This document shows positions 28,719-37,633 of a DNA stretch of 64,000 bases, in pieces; the stretch's first letter is position 1, and each line of letters begins with the position of its first letter. The DNA comes from an uncultured Pseudomonadota bacterium (GTDB lineage: Bacteria; Oederibacteriota; Muellerivitia; Muellerivitales; Muellerivitaceae). Both the position numbers and the translations under genes were made by a program. Under the pieces are notes generated by a model. It worked only from the letters and a program-made list of their open reading frames with translations, was not told where the DNA came from and did no database searches. The stretch spans positions 32,001-96,000 of the forward strand of contig CAVYRH010000026.1 in the NCBI GenBank assembly GCA_963770835.1, in the 5' to 3' direction.

Positions 28719-29014
28719 ACGATAAAGATTTTAAACTGATGCGAGAGAGTCTTAAACAATCGATTGAAATTAAAAAAGGCAAAAAACTCCGGGGAATGCG
28801 GGAAAGCCACCGCCCAAAACCAGCGACCGCTGACGAAGTAAAAGATGTCCGTAAGGCTTTGCATTTAACCCAGGCCGGATTTGCAGGGGTTGTGGGGGCA
28901 AGCCCTAATGCCGTTGAGCATTGGGAGCAGGGTATCCGCCGGCCAAGTGGTTCCGCATCAAAGCTCATTCGAATTCTAAAATCCCATCCTGAATTGGTTT
29001 CAGAAATAGGCTAG
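28715..29014 (+). CDS. XRE-HTH antitoxin (HigA-like)
   Basis: VRKALHLTQAGFA...VEHWEQGIRRPSG; toxin-first order; ATGA overlap. Confidence 0.9.
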   Translation: MNDKDFKLMRESLKQSIEIKKGKKLRGMRESHRPKPATADEVKDVRKALHLTQAGFAGVVGASPNAVEHWEQGIRRPSGSASKLIRILKSHPELVSEIG

Positions 29015-29074
29015 GGTCCTGCCCACGACGGGGAGGTAGAGTGACCCATCAAAAAAGTCTCATTGGCTGGTAAA

Positions 29075-29096
29075 ATACGATAGCCTATCGTATAAT
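29075..29096 (+). promoter_or_regulatory. Putative TA operator overlapping a -10 box
   Basis: atacgatag-c-ctatcgtat overlapping TATAAT (29091-29096). Confidence 0.7.
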
Positions 29097-29102
29097 TCAG
29101 CC

Positions 29103-29318
29103 ATGAAAGTCACCGCGCTCTTACCCGATCAACTTATCCAAGAGGTTCAAGGTTTCGCCAAAGGCAAAAACCTCACGGAATCGCTCGTCAAGGCGTTGTC
29201 GGAATGGAATCAGCAACAAAAAATTAGGGGTTTAAAACAGTCGGTTCATTCGCATCCTCTCCGTTTCTCCAAAGCATTTACCGCCCACCGCGTTAGAGCC
29301 CGTAACCGCAAATCATGA
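29103..29318 (+). CDS. vapB: VapB-type antitoxin
   Basis: MKVTALLPDQLI.EV....GKNLTESL; ATGA overlap with the PIN toxin. Confidence 0.8.
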   Translation: MKVTALLPDQLIQEVQGFAKGKNLTESLVKALSEWNQQQKIRGLKQSVHSHPLRFSKAFTAHRVRARNRKS

Positions 29319-29689
29319 TCCTTGTGGATACTTCTGTTTGGGTGGAGTACCTCAAAGGGCATCAACCTTATCTCGACCAGATGGAACAATTGCTTGAAGA
29401 CCGCCAGATTCTTGCGATTGAACCTGTTTTCGGTGAACTTCTTCAAGGCGCCAAGGATGACCGCGAAAGACGGGTCCTTTTGGAATTTTGGGGAAACCTG
29501 CCAAAGAGTCCGATGCAAGGGGCCTGGGTCAAAGCGGGTGAATTATCCTCCCGAAACAAATGGATCGATCATGGAATCGGACTCATTGACGCAGTCTTGA
29601 TCATTTCCGCGCGGGATTCGAAAGCGAAGGTTTGGACTTTAGATAAAAAGCTAAAGACCGTTTTGCATAAAAACGAGAATTTTGAATAG
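29315..29689 (+). CDS. vapC: VapC PIN-domain toxin
   Basis: MILVDTSVWVEYL, GELLQG, IDA, WTLDKKL. Confidence 0.92.
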   Translation: MILVDTSVWVEYLKGHQPYLDQMEQLLEDRQILAIEPVFGELLQGAKDDRERRVLLEFWGNLPKSPMQGAWVKAGELSSRNKWIDHGIGLIDAVLIISARDSKAKVWTLDKKLKTVLHKNENFE

Positions 29690-29913
29690 TTTGATCGTCC
29701 ACGATGGGGGAACAAAGTGGCATGGCTTATACGGGGACCGCTTCCCTACCCCTTGGGTGGATTCGAAGAAGGCGCCCCCGAAACCCCATCCCCGGGGCCG
29801 GTAAAGGCGTTGTAAATCCTCCATTCCCCGTCCGTTTTCTTCCTTTCCACTGCTTTTATTTTGTGTGATACTTTTTCCCGTTTCCCGTTAGTTTGAAGCG
29901 TATGGAGCCCCGA

Positions 29914-30279
29914 ATGTATTGCCCCAAATGCGGCGCCCAAAACAGCGACGAAAGCCTCAAGTGCAGTGAATGCGGGAAAGTCCTCAAGACGATCGCCGCA
30001 CCCTCCAGCGACCCCATTGCCACCCTTATCCCCTACAAAAACGCCAAGGCTTTGATCGCCTATTACCTGGCCGTCTTTTCCCTTATCCCCTGTCTGGGCT
30101 CCCCCTTGGGGATCGCCGCGTTTGTTTTGGGTTTGCAGGGGTTGAAGGAAGCCCAGATCCATCCGGAGGCCAAGGGAAAGGTCCACGCCTGGATCGGAAT
30201 ACTGGGGGGTGGGTTGTTCGGCTTGATCTATACCGTTTCCATCCTGGTTTGGGTTTTTTTCGCGATTTTTAAAAAATAA
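29914..30279 (+). CDS. Zinc-ribbon + DUF4190-like two-TM protein
   Basis: CPKCG...CSECG; N.KALIAYYL..FSLIP..G...G.AA..LG..G; GKVHAWIGI. Confidence 0.85.
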   Translation: MYCPKCGAQNSDESLKCSECGKVLKTIAAPSSDPIATLIPYKNAKALIAYYLAVFSLIPCLGSPLGIAAFVLGLQGLKEAQIHPEAKGKVHAWIGILGGGLFGLIYTVSILVWVFFAIFKK

Positions 30280-30293
30280 CTGAAGGACCCAGA

Positions 30294-30635
30294 ATGTTTT
30301 GCACCCATTGCGGGGCGAAGAACAAGGCAAAGGCGGCCAAATGCGTCAAATGCGGCGAACCCCTCGCCACGGCCCCTACCCAGGAGGTTATCCCCAATTA
30401 CCTGGTCCAGGCCATCCTTTCCACCATTTGCTGCTGCGTGCCTTTTGGGATCGTGGCCATCGTCTACGCCGCCCAAGTGAACTCCAAAATCCAGGCCCAA
30501 GATTGGGCGGGGGCGAGGAGTTGCTCCCGGCTGGCCAAGACCTGGGCCTGGGTGGCTTTTGGGTGCGGCATGGTGGGAGGCGTCCTCTATCTCATTTTGG
30601 GGGTTGTGAGCGCCTTCGTGGACCATCCCAGGTAA
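30294..30635 (+). CDS. Zinc-ribbon + CD225/dispanin-family protein
   Basis: CTHCG...CVKCG; PNYLVQAILSTICCCVPFGIVAIVYAAQVN...AKTW. Confidence 0.9.
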   Translation: MFCTHCGAKNKAKAAKCVKCGEPLATAPTQEVIPNYLVQAILSTICCCVPFGIVAIVYAAQVNSKIQAQDWAGARSCSRLAKTWAWVAFGCGMVGGVLYLILGVVSAFVDHPR

Positions 30636-30752
30636 AAGGAAGCCGAAATCCCCGAAGTGCGGGGATCATCCGCATCAAAGAGGGGAAGGAATCCGGGTTG
30701 GAGGTTTGTTTTTGGGCGCTGTGGAAGAAGGATAAATCAAGGAGGATCAGAC

Positions 30753-31028
30753 ATGGCTGAAAGTAAATCCGTACCGAATTATTTAGTGCAGGCCATCCTT
30801 TGCACCATCTTTTGCTGCCTTCCCTTTGGGATCGTCTCCATCGTTTACGCGGCCCAGGTCAACGGCAAGGTCGCCGCGGGGGACATGGCCGGCGCCGAAG
30901 CGGCATCTAAAAGCGCCAAAACCTGGTGCTGGGTCGCCTTTGGGATCGGCTTGGCCGGAATCATCCTTTACATGGTGTTTGTGGGCGCCGCGGTGATCAT
31001 TCCCCTGGTCATGAAGCATCAGTCGTAA
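30753..31028 (+). CDS. CD225/dispanin-family protein
   Basis: PNYLVQAILCTIFCCLPFGIVSIVYAAQVN...GDMAGA..AS..AKTW; AAGGAGG RBS. Confidence 0.93.
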   Translation: MAESKSVPNYLVQAILCTIFCCLPFGIVSIVYAAQVNGKVAAGDMAGAEAASKSAKTWCWVAFGIGLAGIILYMVFVGAAVIIPLVMKHQS

Positions 31029-31098
31029 AAGGTTTTTGGGTGAAGGGGTTGTTTTGAGGGTTGCGGGTCAAAGAAGGAAAACCAAGGAGGAACCAGAT

Positions 31099-31383
31099 AT
31101 GGCTGAAAATAAACCGGTTTCGAATTATTTAGTCTTTGCCATCCTAACCACTGTTTGCTGCTGCATGCCCTTCGGGTTACCGGCGGTCTATTTCGCCGGC
31201 AAAGTGAATGGTTATGTCGCGGCGGGCGACATGGCCGGCGCCGAGGCCGCTTCCCAGAACGCCAAGAAGTGGTGCTTTGTCGCTTTGGGCGTCGGGATTG
31301 CCGCGTGGATCCTCTGGGTTGTGTTCGAGGCTTCCATCATCGCGCTCGTCCACAGTCAAATGCCGCAATTGGGCCAACACTGA
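31099..31383 (+). CDS. CD225/dispanin-family protein
   Basis: NYLVFAILTTVCCCMPFG...GDMAGAEAASQNAKKW; AAGGAGG RBS. Confidence 0.92.
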   Translation: MAENKPVSNYLVFAILTTVCCCMPFGLPAVYFAGKVNGYVAAGDMAGAEAASQNAKKWCFVALGVGIAAWILWVVFEASIIALVHSQMPQLGQH

Positions 31384-31510
31384 CCGACAGCCTGACTCGT
31401 TTTTAGATTTTTTCCCCATGCCTTGTTTTTGAAACCAAAGGCAGGGCGTGGGAATTTTTTTGCTTTCGGATGCTAATACCCCCTTTGGGGGATATCAGGG
31501 AATCACCGAT

Positions 31511-31900
31511 ATGGAACTTTTCCAGAAACATCCCGTTTTGACGAAGGTTGTTCTCTTGGCAGCGGCCGCCGCGGGCCTGACTTTTCTTTACTTCTTCAAA
31601 CCTGGCACCTTTCACTATCCCACCTGCGTCTTTCACGACTTGACCGGGCTTTATTGCCCCGGTTGCGGTTCCACCCGCGCGCTTTACCAGCTTCTTCACG
31701 GGAACTTCCTCACGGCCCTTCATGACAACGCCATGGCGGTTTTGGCCGTGCCGTTTTTCGTTTATGCGGCGGTCCGGAAGAGGCCCCTTTCGGAAATCCA
31801 CCCTTTCTGGGTTTGGGGTATTTTTTATATGTTGGTGGTTTTCACCATTCTTAGGAACATCCCGCTTTTTCCCTTTACCTACCTGGCCCCCCTGAATTGA
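31511..31900 (+). CDS. DUF2752-family membrane protein
   Basis: C.FH.LTGLYCPGCGSTRA...LLHG; C-terminal ILRNIP. Confidence 0.9.
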   Translation: MELFQKHPVLTKVVLLAAAAAGLTFLYFFKPGTFHYPTCVFHDLTGLYCPGCGSTRALYQLLHGNFLTALHDNAMAVLAVPFFVYAAVRKRPLSEIHPFWVWGIFYMLVVFTILRNIPLFPFTYLAPLN

Positions 31901-31966
31901 CCGCCTGCCACCCGTTGACAGACGGACCAGGCCTGGCGACACTAAATCCGAACTATATTTGAAATT

Positions 31967-32122
31967 AAGGGCACCACTAAAAAAAACTTCAACGGCACCC
32001 CTCACCCTAACCCTCTCCCGCAAGGGGCGAGGGGAATGGGGAATTTGCTGGTCTTTTACGCCCTCTCCCTTGAGGGGAGAGGGCGGGGTGAGGGTGAAAA
32101 GTTAATTTTTAGAGGTGCACTT
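31967..32122. mobile_element. 156-bp MITE-like element with CCCTCACCC hairpin pair
   Basis: Ends aagggcaccactaaaaa / tttttagaggtgcactt (15/17 inverted match); interior resembles 5117-5203. Confidence 0.75.
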
Positions 32123-32143
32123 CATTTAGCAGGAGAAACAAAC

Positions 32144-32323
32144 GTGCAGCTAAAAAAAGATGTCCATCCTAATTTCTATGAGAAAACGTTGGAAACCCCG
32201 GCGCTCCTGAAACTTGTCACCCAGAGCCAAAAAGAAGTGATCCAGGGAACGGCCGTTCCGGCGGAACAGGCTTTTCGAAAACTACGTTACCGCATGCGGT
32301 ACAGAGCGCGACCCAGGCATTAA
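32144..32323 (+). pseudogene. Internally deleted Phd/YefM-type antitoxin
   Basis: AGGAG RBS + GTG; QLKKDVHP joined directly to YEKTLETPALLKL..QS..E...G; middle of the domain and the toxin are missing. Confidence 0.55.
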
Positions 32324-32343
32324 GGGAATAATTTTTTCCCGGT

Positions 32344-34599
32344 TCAGGAGCCGGCGTTTGGTTTGCCTTCCTGGGACGATAGTTTTTCAGCCACCGACCT
32401 CAAAGCCTCCTCCACATCCGGCTTTAATTCCTTCTCGCCGTCTTTCTTGAGTTCCCCCAGGAATTCCCAGACCGTGGCCGAATGGAAGCGGCCCAGGGCC
32501 TGGATGGCCGCGCGGCGCACTTCCAGGCTGCGGTGCTTTTTTTGCTCCAATAACTTGTACTTGGCGGCCCATTCCATCAAGGCGGAAGCGGAGGGGGTGT
32601 CGGCCAGGCGCCCCAAGGCCTGGCAGGCCTTGATCCAGAAGTTGTCCCTGTCCTTCCCATGGGGAGGATATTTTTTGACCGCGAGGACGATGCTTTCCCC
32701 GTCCCCCTCCATGCCCACGCCGGCAAGGGTTTCCAGCGCCTCCTGGGCGATGGGGGATTCGGGCTTTTCCAAAAGCCGCACCAGGAAGGGGCGGATCCCC
32801 TGTATTCCCCATTGGCGGGCCGAGGCGAGGATCTTCCCCTGGGCCAGGGGGCTGAAGGTGTTCCAGTGGCGCTCGAAAAATTCCTCCAGCTCGCCGGAGG
32901 GCGGGATGGCGGTGAAGATATCCAGGAACTTCTCCAGTTGGGCCCGTTTCTCGGGCCAGCCCAGCCAGGCCTCGTAAACGTGCAGGCCTTCCTTTTGCTG
33001 GGCCTCCAAGAGGTCGAGGGCCTTGAGCCATTGGGAGCTTCCGGTGAGTTCCGTCTCAATTTTATTGAACAGGAAGGGGCCGACCCGCGGGCCCAAGAGG
33101 GTGAAAAGTTTGCGGATGCTATCGCCTTCCTCCGGTTCGGCGGGGAAACGGTTGAGAAGCGATTCCAGGATGGGTTCGCAGAAAACGGTGTCCAAGGCCA
33201 CCCGGGCGGCCTGGTTTTGCTTTTCAAAGCGGGGAGGCGTCTGTTCCGAGGCCCGCATCAGCAGGCGCGCCATTTCCAAGAGATCGGTCCAATCGGGAGA
33301 GGCCAGTTCCTGCGGAATCCAGTCCTGGGCCAGGGTGAGGGCCATGGGGTAATTGGCCGGGCGCCGGATTTCCTTCAACAGGCGGCAGAGGTTCCGGAAG
33401 CCCTCCAGTTGGAGGGGGCGCGGGATGCGGTCCCATTGCACGTGGCTCAAGTGCCGCAGGGCCAGGGCCTGGGTACTCTCGTCCGCGGAAAAGATTTTTT
33501 CCCATAGTTTTTCCCAAAAAGCCCCCAAAGACTCCGCGCGATCGGGTTCCAGGAGCGATGGAATTTTCTCGACGACCTTCTCCTCCAATTCGGGATTAAA
33601 GAGGGCCTCCCAATCGCCTTTATCCACGGCCAAAAGGACCGGATCGGTCTCGAAAAGACTACCTTGCCCGGCGGGGACGGTCTCGGCCGGTTCGGGTTCG
33701 GGGGCAAGGGTCGCGGCCGCGCCGGAGCCGGAAGCTTCCGCCGCCGGTTCCACCAGCGCCAAGCCCTGGCTTTCCCCCAAAAGGACCAGTTTTTTCAAAA
33801 GGTCGTCCATGTTCACCTGGACATCGCTCACTTGGGAGGGTGATTTCATGGAAGAGAGGGCGTTCTTCAAGCCCAGGAATCCGCCCATCAATTCCCGCCA
33901 GGGTTGGGCATTGGGAGCCGGAGCTTTTCCGCCGCCCGCGCCACCCCCACCTTCCCCTCCCGAAGCCGCCCCCTCCACTCCCTCGGATTGGAGCCAGGTC
34001 CCCATGTTTTCCATGAGCCGCTTGGCCACTTCCTGTTTATTGGCGTCCGGGCGGACGCGGCTGAAAATTTGGAGGAAATACTGCAGGGCTTCCAGGGCCT
34101 CCTCGAGGTTTTGTCCGCCGCCGAGCGAGGCCTCATCGGAGGGAACCACCATTTCGCCCTCGGAAAGGGCCACGAAAACTTTCTCGTTCACGCGGACGTG
34201 CTCCAAGGATTGCTGGACCAGGGCCTGGGAAAGGGACAGGCCGGTAGGGAGGGCCTTGGGTTTCAGGAGCGAGAAGAGGGCCTGGACCTCGGAGGATTCC
34301 ACGCCCTTGAGGAAGGTCAGGGTCCGGACCTTGTGGGTCAAAAACAAGTCCTTGATCATGTTCGTGGAGCCCGTCAGGCGCTCATCCAGGGGAGCCCCTT
34401 CCACCACAAGCCGCCCCTCCGATTCCCCGAAGGAGACGGAAGGAAGTTCGTTGAACAGGCGCGCGAGGGCCTCCAGAAGGCGGTCCAGGGACTGCTTGAC
34501 CATGGCGTTTTCGACGGAATAAAGGAAGAAGTTGGAAATCGACACCCGCAGTTCGCGCACCGCGAGGGAAGCCTGCTGGATTTGTTCGGGGTTGAGCAT
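32344..34599 (-). CDS. HEAT/PBS-repeat protein
   Basis: Helical; ACQALGRL, VRRAAIQALG; paralog of 39682-41784. Confidence 0.85.
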   Translation of the reverse strand: MLNPEQIQQASLAVRELRVSISNFFLYSVENAMVKQSLDRLLEALARLFNELPSVSFGESEGRLVVEGAPLDERLTGSTNMIKDLFLTHKVRTLTFLKGVESSEVQALFSLLKPKALPTGLSLSQALVQQSLEHVRVNEKVFVALSEGEMVVPSDEASLGGGQNLEEALEALQYFLQIFSRVRPDANKQEVAKRLMENMGTWLQSEGVEGAASGGEGGGGAGGGKAPAPNAQPWRELMGGFLGLKNALSSMKSPSQVSDVQVNMDDLLKKLVLLGESQGLALVEPAAEASGSGAAATLAPEPEPAETVPAGQGSLFETDPVLLAVDKGDWEALFNPELEEKVVEKIPSLLEPDRAESLGAFWEKLWEKIFSADESTQALALRHLSHVQWDRIPRPLQLEGFRNLCRLLKEIRRPANYPMALTLAQDWIPQELASPDWTDLLEMARLLMRASEQTPPRFEKQNQAARVALDTVFCEPILESLLNRFPAEPEEGDSIRKLFTLLGPRVGPFLFNKIETELTGSSQWLKALDLLEAQQKEGLHVYEAWLGWPEKRAQLEKFLDIFTAIPPSGELEEFFERHWNTFSPLAQGKILASARQWGIQGIRPFLVRLLEKPESPIAQEALETLAGVGMEGDGESIVLAVKKYPPHGKDRDNFWIKACQALGRLADTPSASALMEWAAKYKLLEQKKHRSLEVRRAAIQALGRFHSATVWEFLGELKKDGEKELKPDVEEALRSVAEKLSSQEGKPNAGS

Positions 34600-34805
34600 G
34601 GGATAACTTTATCTGGAATCGGGCTTTTCTTAAAGCCTCCGAAAGCCAAAACCGGGCTTTTGTGATCCGGGTCATGCTGGGGGGGAACGTGCAGGTAAAA
34701 AGAGGCCCTTCGGACCTGAAAAATGGCTTCCAAGGTTGAAAAGGGAAGTGAAGTCCCCCGAGAATAATGTTGGGTGAAGAGGATCTAAAGCTAAAGGAGC
34801 CGAAA

Positions 34806-35096
34806 ATGGGTGAAAAAAGGGACGTCTATGTGGAAAAGCTAAAAACCAAGATCGACGAGTGGAATGCCGATATCGACAAGCTGCAGGCCAAGGCCGACAA
34901 GATGGGGGCGGACGCCCGCGCCGAGTTGCAGAAGCATATCGAGGAACTGAAAGCCAAACGCAGTGAACTCCAAGGAAAGATGGGGGCCGTCCAAAAGGCC
35001 GGCGGCGAGGCCTGGGAGGACATGAAGTCGGGAGCCAATTCGGCCTTGGAGGCCTTGGGGAAGGCGGTGAATGCGGCCAAGTCCAGGTTCAAGTAA
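34806..35096 (+). CDS. Small coiled-coil (Sll1863-like) protein
   Basis: YVEKLK.KIDEWNADIDKL.AKA...GEAWEDMKSG; AAGGAG RBS. Confidence 0.82.
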   Translation: MGEKRDVYVEKLKTKIDEWNADIDKLQAKADKMGADARAELQKHIEELKAKRSELQGKMGAVQKAGGEAWEDMKSGANSALEALGKAVNAAKSRFK

Positions 35097-35165
35097 CAGG
35101 CTTTATTTTTACAAACTTGAGAATCGGACCTTAATTTCCCCCTCTGAAAGAGGGGGATCTGGGTT

Positions 35166-35405
35166 CTAAGTCTTCAAGGCTTCCTGCAACATGTCCGAAA
35201 GGGTATTGCAGCAGCAATCGAAGGACATCTTTTGCTCGCCGGGGCCCGAGTCTTCGGAGAACTTCAGGCGGGGACTTTGATGGTGGACCGGGCAGGTGAG
35301 CCCCTCGATTTTTTGTTGGATAACCTTCACCGTGGCTTCCAAAGCCTGTTTTTGAATTTGATCCTTAAAATTATCCAAGAACGCCTCCCCGATTTGAAAG
35401 CCCAT
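35166..35405 (-). CDS. Small hypothetical protein with CPVHH...CCC putative metal site
   Basis: 79-aa ORF. Confidence 0.65.
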   Translation of the reverse strand: MGFQIGEAFLDNFKDQIQKQALEATVKVIQQKIEGLTCPVHHQSPRLKFSEDSGPGEQKMSFDCCCNTLSDMLQEALKT

Positions 35406-35486
35406 TTTAATTCCATCTTCCGCTGGAAACCCAACATAAAAACGGCATACTGGAATCTCTTTAAAATTTAAAACCAAGGATGCCCC

Positions 35487-37628
35487 ATGAAAAAGAGGTG
35501 GCTGGCTTTGGCGATTTTGGGTTTGGGATTACTAGGAAGCGGAGAAGCCCGGGCGGAGGACGGCTACAAGCTTTGGCTGCGCTACGCCAGGGTGGACGAC
35601 GCCCAGGCGTTGGAATACTGCCGAAAAAATATCTCTTGTATCGTCGCCCCGGGAAAATCGGACACCGACCGGGTTTTGGTCAAGGAACTCCAAAGAGGGT
35701 TGAAGGGCCTTTTGGGAAAAGATATCCCGGTCCGGGACAAGGTCCAGGAAGCTTCCCTCATCGTCGGCACTCCCAGTGATTCACCCATCATCTCGCAATT
35801 GAATTTGGACAAGGATTTAAAGCCGTTGGGAGCCGAAGGCTACCTTCTTCGCTTGGTCCAGGTGGACGGCCACCAAGTGACGGTCATCGCTTCCGAAAGC
35901 CCGGTGGGATGCCTGTATGGGGCCTTTCATTATTTGCGGCTTATAGGGACGAACGGGTTGGGAAGCGATCTTGATATCGCCGAAAAGCCCGCGATCCACC
36001 GGCGGCTTTTGGACCATTGGGACAACCTGGACGGGACGATTGAAAGGGGTTACGCGGGCAAGTCCCTTTGGAAATGGCAGGAACTTCCCGGCCACGTGGA
36101 CGACCGCGTGACGGATTACGCCCGGGCCTGTGCTTCGGTTGGGATCAACGGCGCGGTCCTGAATAACGTGAACGCCGATCCCAAAATTCTGACCACGGCT
36201 TATTTGATGAAGGTGGCCGCCTTGGCCAATGCTTTGCGGCCTTACGGCATGAGGGTTTACCTTTCGGCCAATTTTGGTTCCCCCAAGGCCCTGGGCGACC
36301 TTTCCACCGCCGACCCCCTGGACCCCCAAGTGATCCAATGGTGGAAGGCCAAGGCGGAGGAGATCTACAAACTCATTCCGGATTTCGGCGGCTTCCTGGT
36401 GAAGGCCAACAGCGAGGGCCAGCCCGGCCCCAACGATTATGGGCGAAGCCACGACCAGGGCGCCAACATGCTGGCCCGGGCCCTGGCCCCCCATGGCGGC
36501 GTGGTGATGTGGCGGGCCTTCGTCTACCAGGATTCGGTGGACAAGGACCGCATCAAAAGGGCCTACAAGGAATTCACACCTTTGGACGGGAAATTCGATA
36601 AGAACGTCTTTATCCAGGTCAAGAACGGCCCGTTGGACTTCCAGCCCCGCGAGCCCTTCAGCCCACTTTTCGGCTCCATGCCGAAAACGCCTTTGGCGGC
36701 CGAACTGCAGGTGACCCAGGAATACCTGGGCCATTCCAACCACCTCGTTTACTTGGGAACCCTTTGGCAAGAATTCCTGGATTCGGACACCTACGCCAAA
36801 GGGCCGGGTTCCACGGTGGCAAAGGTGGTGACCGGCGAATTGGACGGCCAGCAGGACAGCCTGATCGCGGGCGTGGCCAATACGGGCGACGACCGCAACT
36901 GGTGCGGACATCCCTTCGCCGCCGCCAATTGGTACGCCTTCGGGAGAATGGCTTGGAACCCTACTTTGAGCGCCAAGACTGTCGCGGAGGAATGGGCCGG
37001 TCTTACTTGGGGCAACAATTCTTCTGGATCGTTTATCAGCAAACTGATGTTGGACTCCCGGGAAATCTATGTGGACTACACCTGCCCCTTGGGGCTCAAC
37101 GGTGTTTTCGAGAAGGACCTCCACTACGCCCCCGACCCCGGCATGGTGGACCCGCGTAGGGAGGATTGGTCGGCAGCCTATTACACCCGGGCCGATGCCC
37201 AGGGACTGGGGTTTGACCGGACGCGGAAGGGAAGCGACGCGGTGGACCAATACCATCCGCCCCTGCCGGATCGGTTCAACAACCTCTCCACATGCCCTGA
37301 GCAATACCTCTTGTGGTTCCACCATGTGCCCTGGGATCACCCCATAAAAACGTGGTACAAGCCAAGCTTCGCGGATTACCCCGGAAAAATGTATCCAGGC
37401 CCTCCCCAAAGCTTCTGGAAGGAACTCTGCTACCGTTACAACCTGGGCGTCGCTGAGGCGGAGGATATGAAAACCCAATGGGGGTACTTGAAAGGGAAAG
37501 TAGACGATGAGCGGTGGGAAGCGGTCGAGGCCAAGCTGGAAGTGCAAGTGAAGGACGCGGCCGCTTGGCGGGACAAGTGCCTGAAGTATTTCCAAGGCTT
37601 CAGCAAAAAACCAATTCTAAAACCTTGA
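35487..37628 (+). CDS. aguA: Alpha-glucuronidase, GH67
   Basis: EDGYKLWLRY, HWDNLDGTIERGYAG, NNVNA, KANSEGQPGP, KNGPLDFQPREP; signal peptide. Confidence 0.96.
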   Translation: MKKRWLALAILGLGLLGSGEARAEDGYKLWLRYARVDDAQALEYCRKNISCIVAPGKSDTDRVLVKELQRGLKGLLGKDIPVRDKVQEASLIVGTPSDSPIISQLNLDKDLKPLGAEGYLLRLVQVDGHQVTVIASESPVGCLYGAFHYLRLIGTNGLGSDLDIAEKPAIHRRLLDHWDNLDGTIERGYAGKSLWKWQELPGHVDDRVTDYARACASVGINGAVLNNVNADPKILTTAYLMKVAALANALRPYGMRVYLSANFGSPKALGDLSTADPLDPQVIQWWKAKAEEIYKLIPDFGGFLVKANSEGQPGPNDYGRSHDQGANMLARALAPHGGVVMWRAFVYQDSVDKDRIKRAYKEFTPLDGKFDKNVFIQVKNGPLDFQPREPFSPLFGSMPKTPLAAELQVTQEYLGHSNHLVYLGTLWQEFLDSDTYAKGPGSTVAKVVTGELDGQQDSLIAGVANTGDDRNWCGHPFAAANWYAFGRMAWNPTLSAKTVAEEWAGLTWGNNSSGSFISKLMLDSREIYVDYTCPLGLNGVFEKDLHYAPDPGMVDPRREDWSAAYYTRADAQGLGFDRTRKGSDAVDQYHPPLPDRFNNLSTCPEQYLLWFHHVPWDHPIKTWYKPSFADYPGKMYPGPPQSFWKELCYRYNLGVAEAEDMKTQWGYLKGKVDDERWEAVEAKLEVQVKDAAAWRDKCLKYFQGFSKKPILKP

Positions 37629-37633
37629 TCGGC

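Noticed and set aside
32036..32143. 5' part of the 95-aa ORF at 32036
   Set aside because: Derived from the MITE hairpin; the RBS precedes GTG 32144
12552..32323. Prophage or ICE
   Set aside because: No integrase, structural, relaxase or T4SS genes and no tRNA att site recognised
37345..37415. Apparent short insertion near the AguA C-terminus as another repeat insertion
   Set aside because: DNA does not match any repeat family seen in this window
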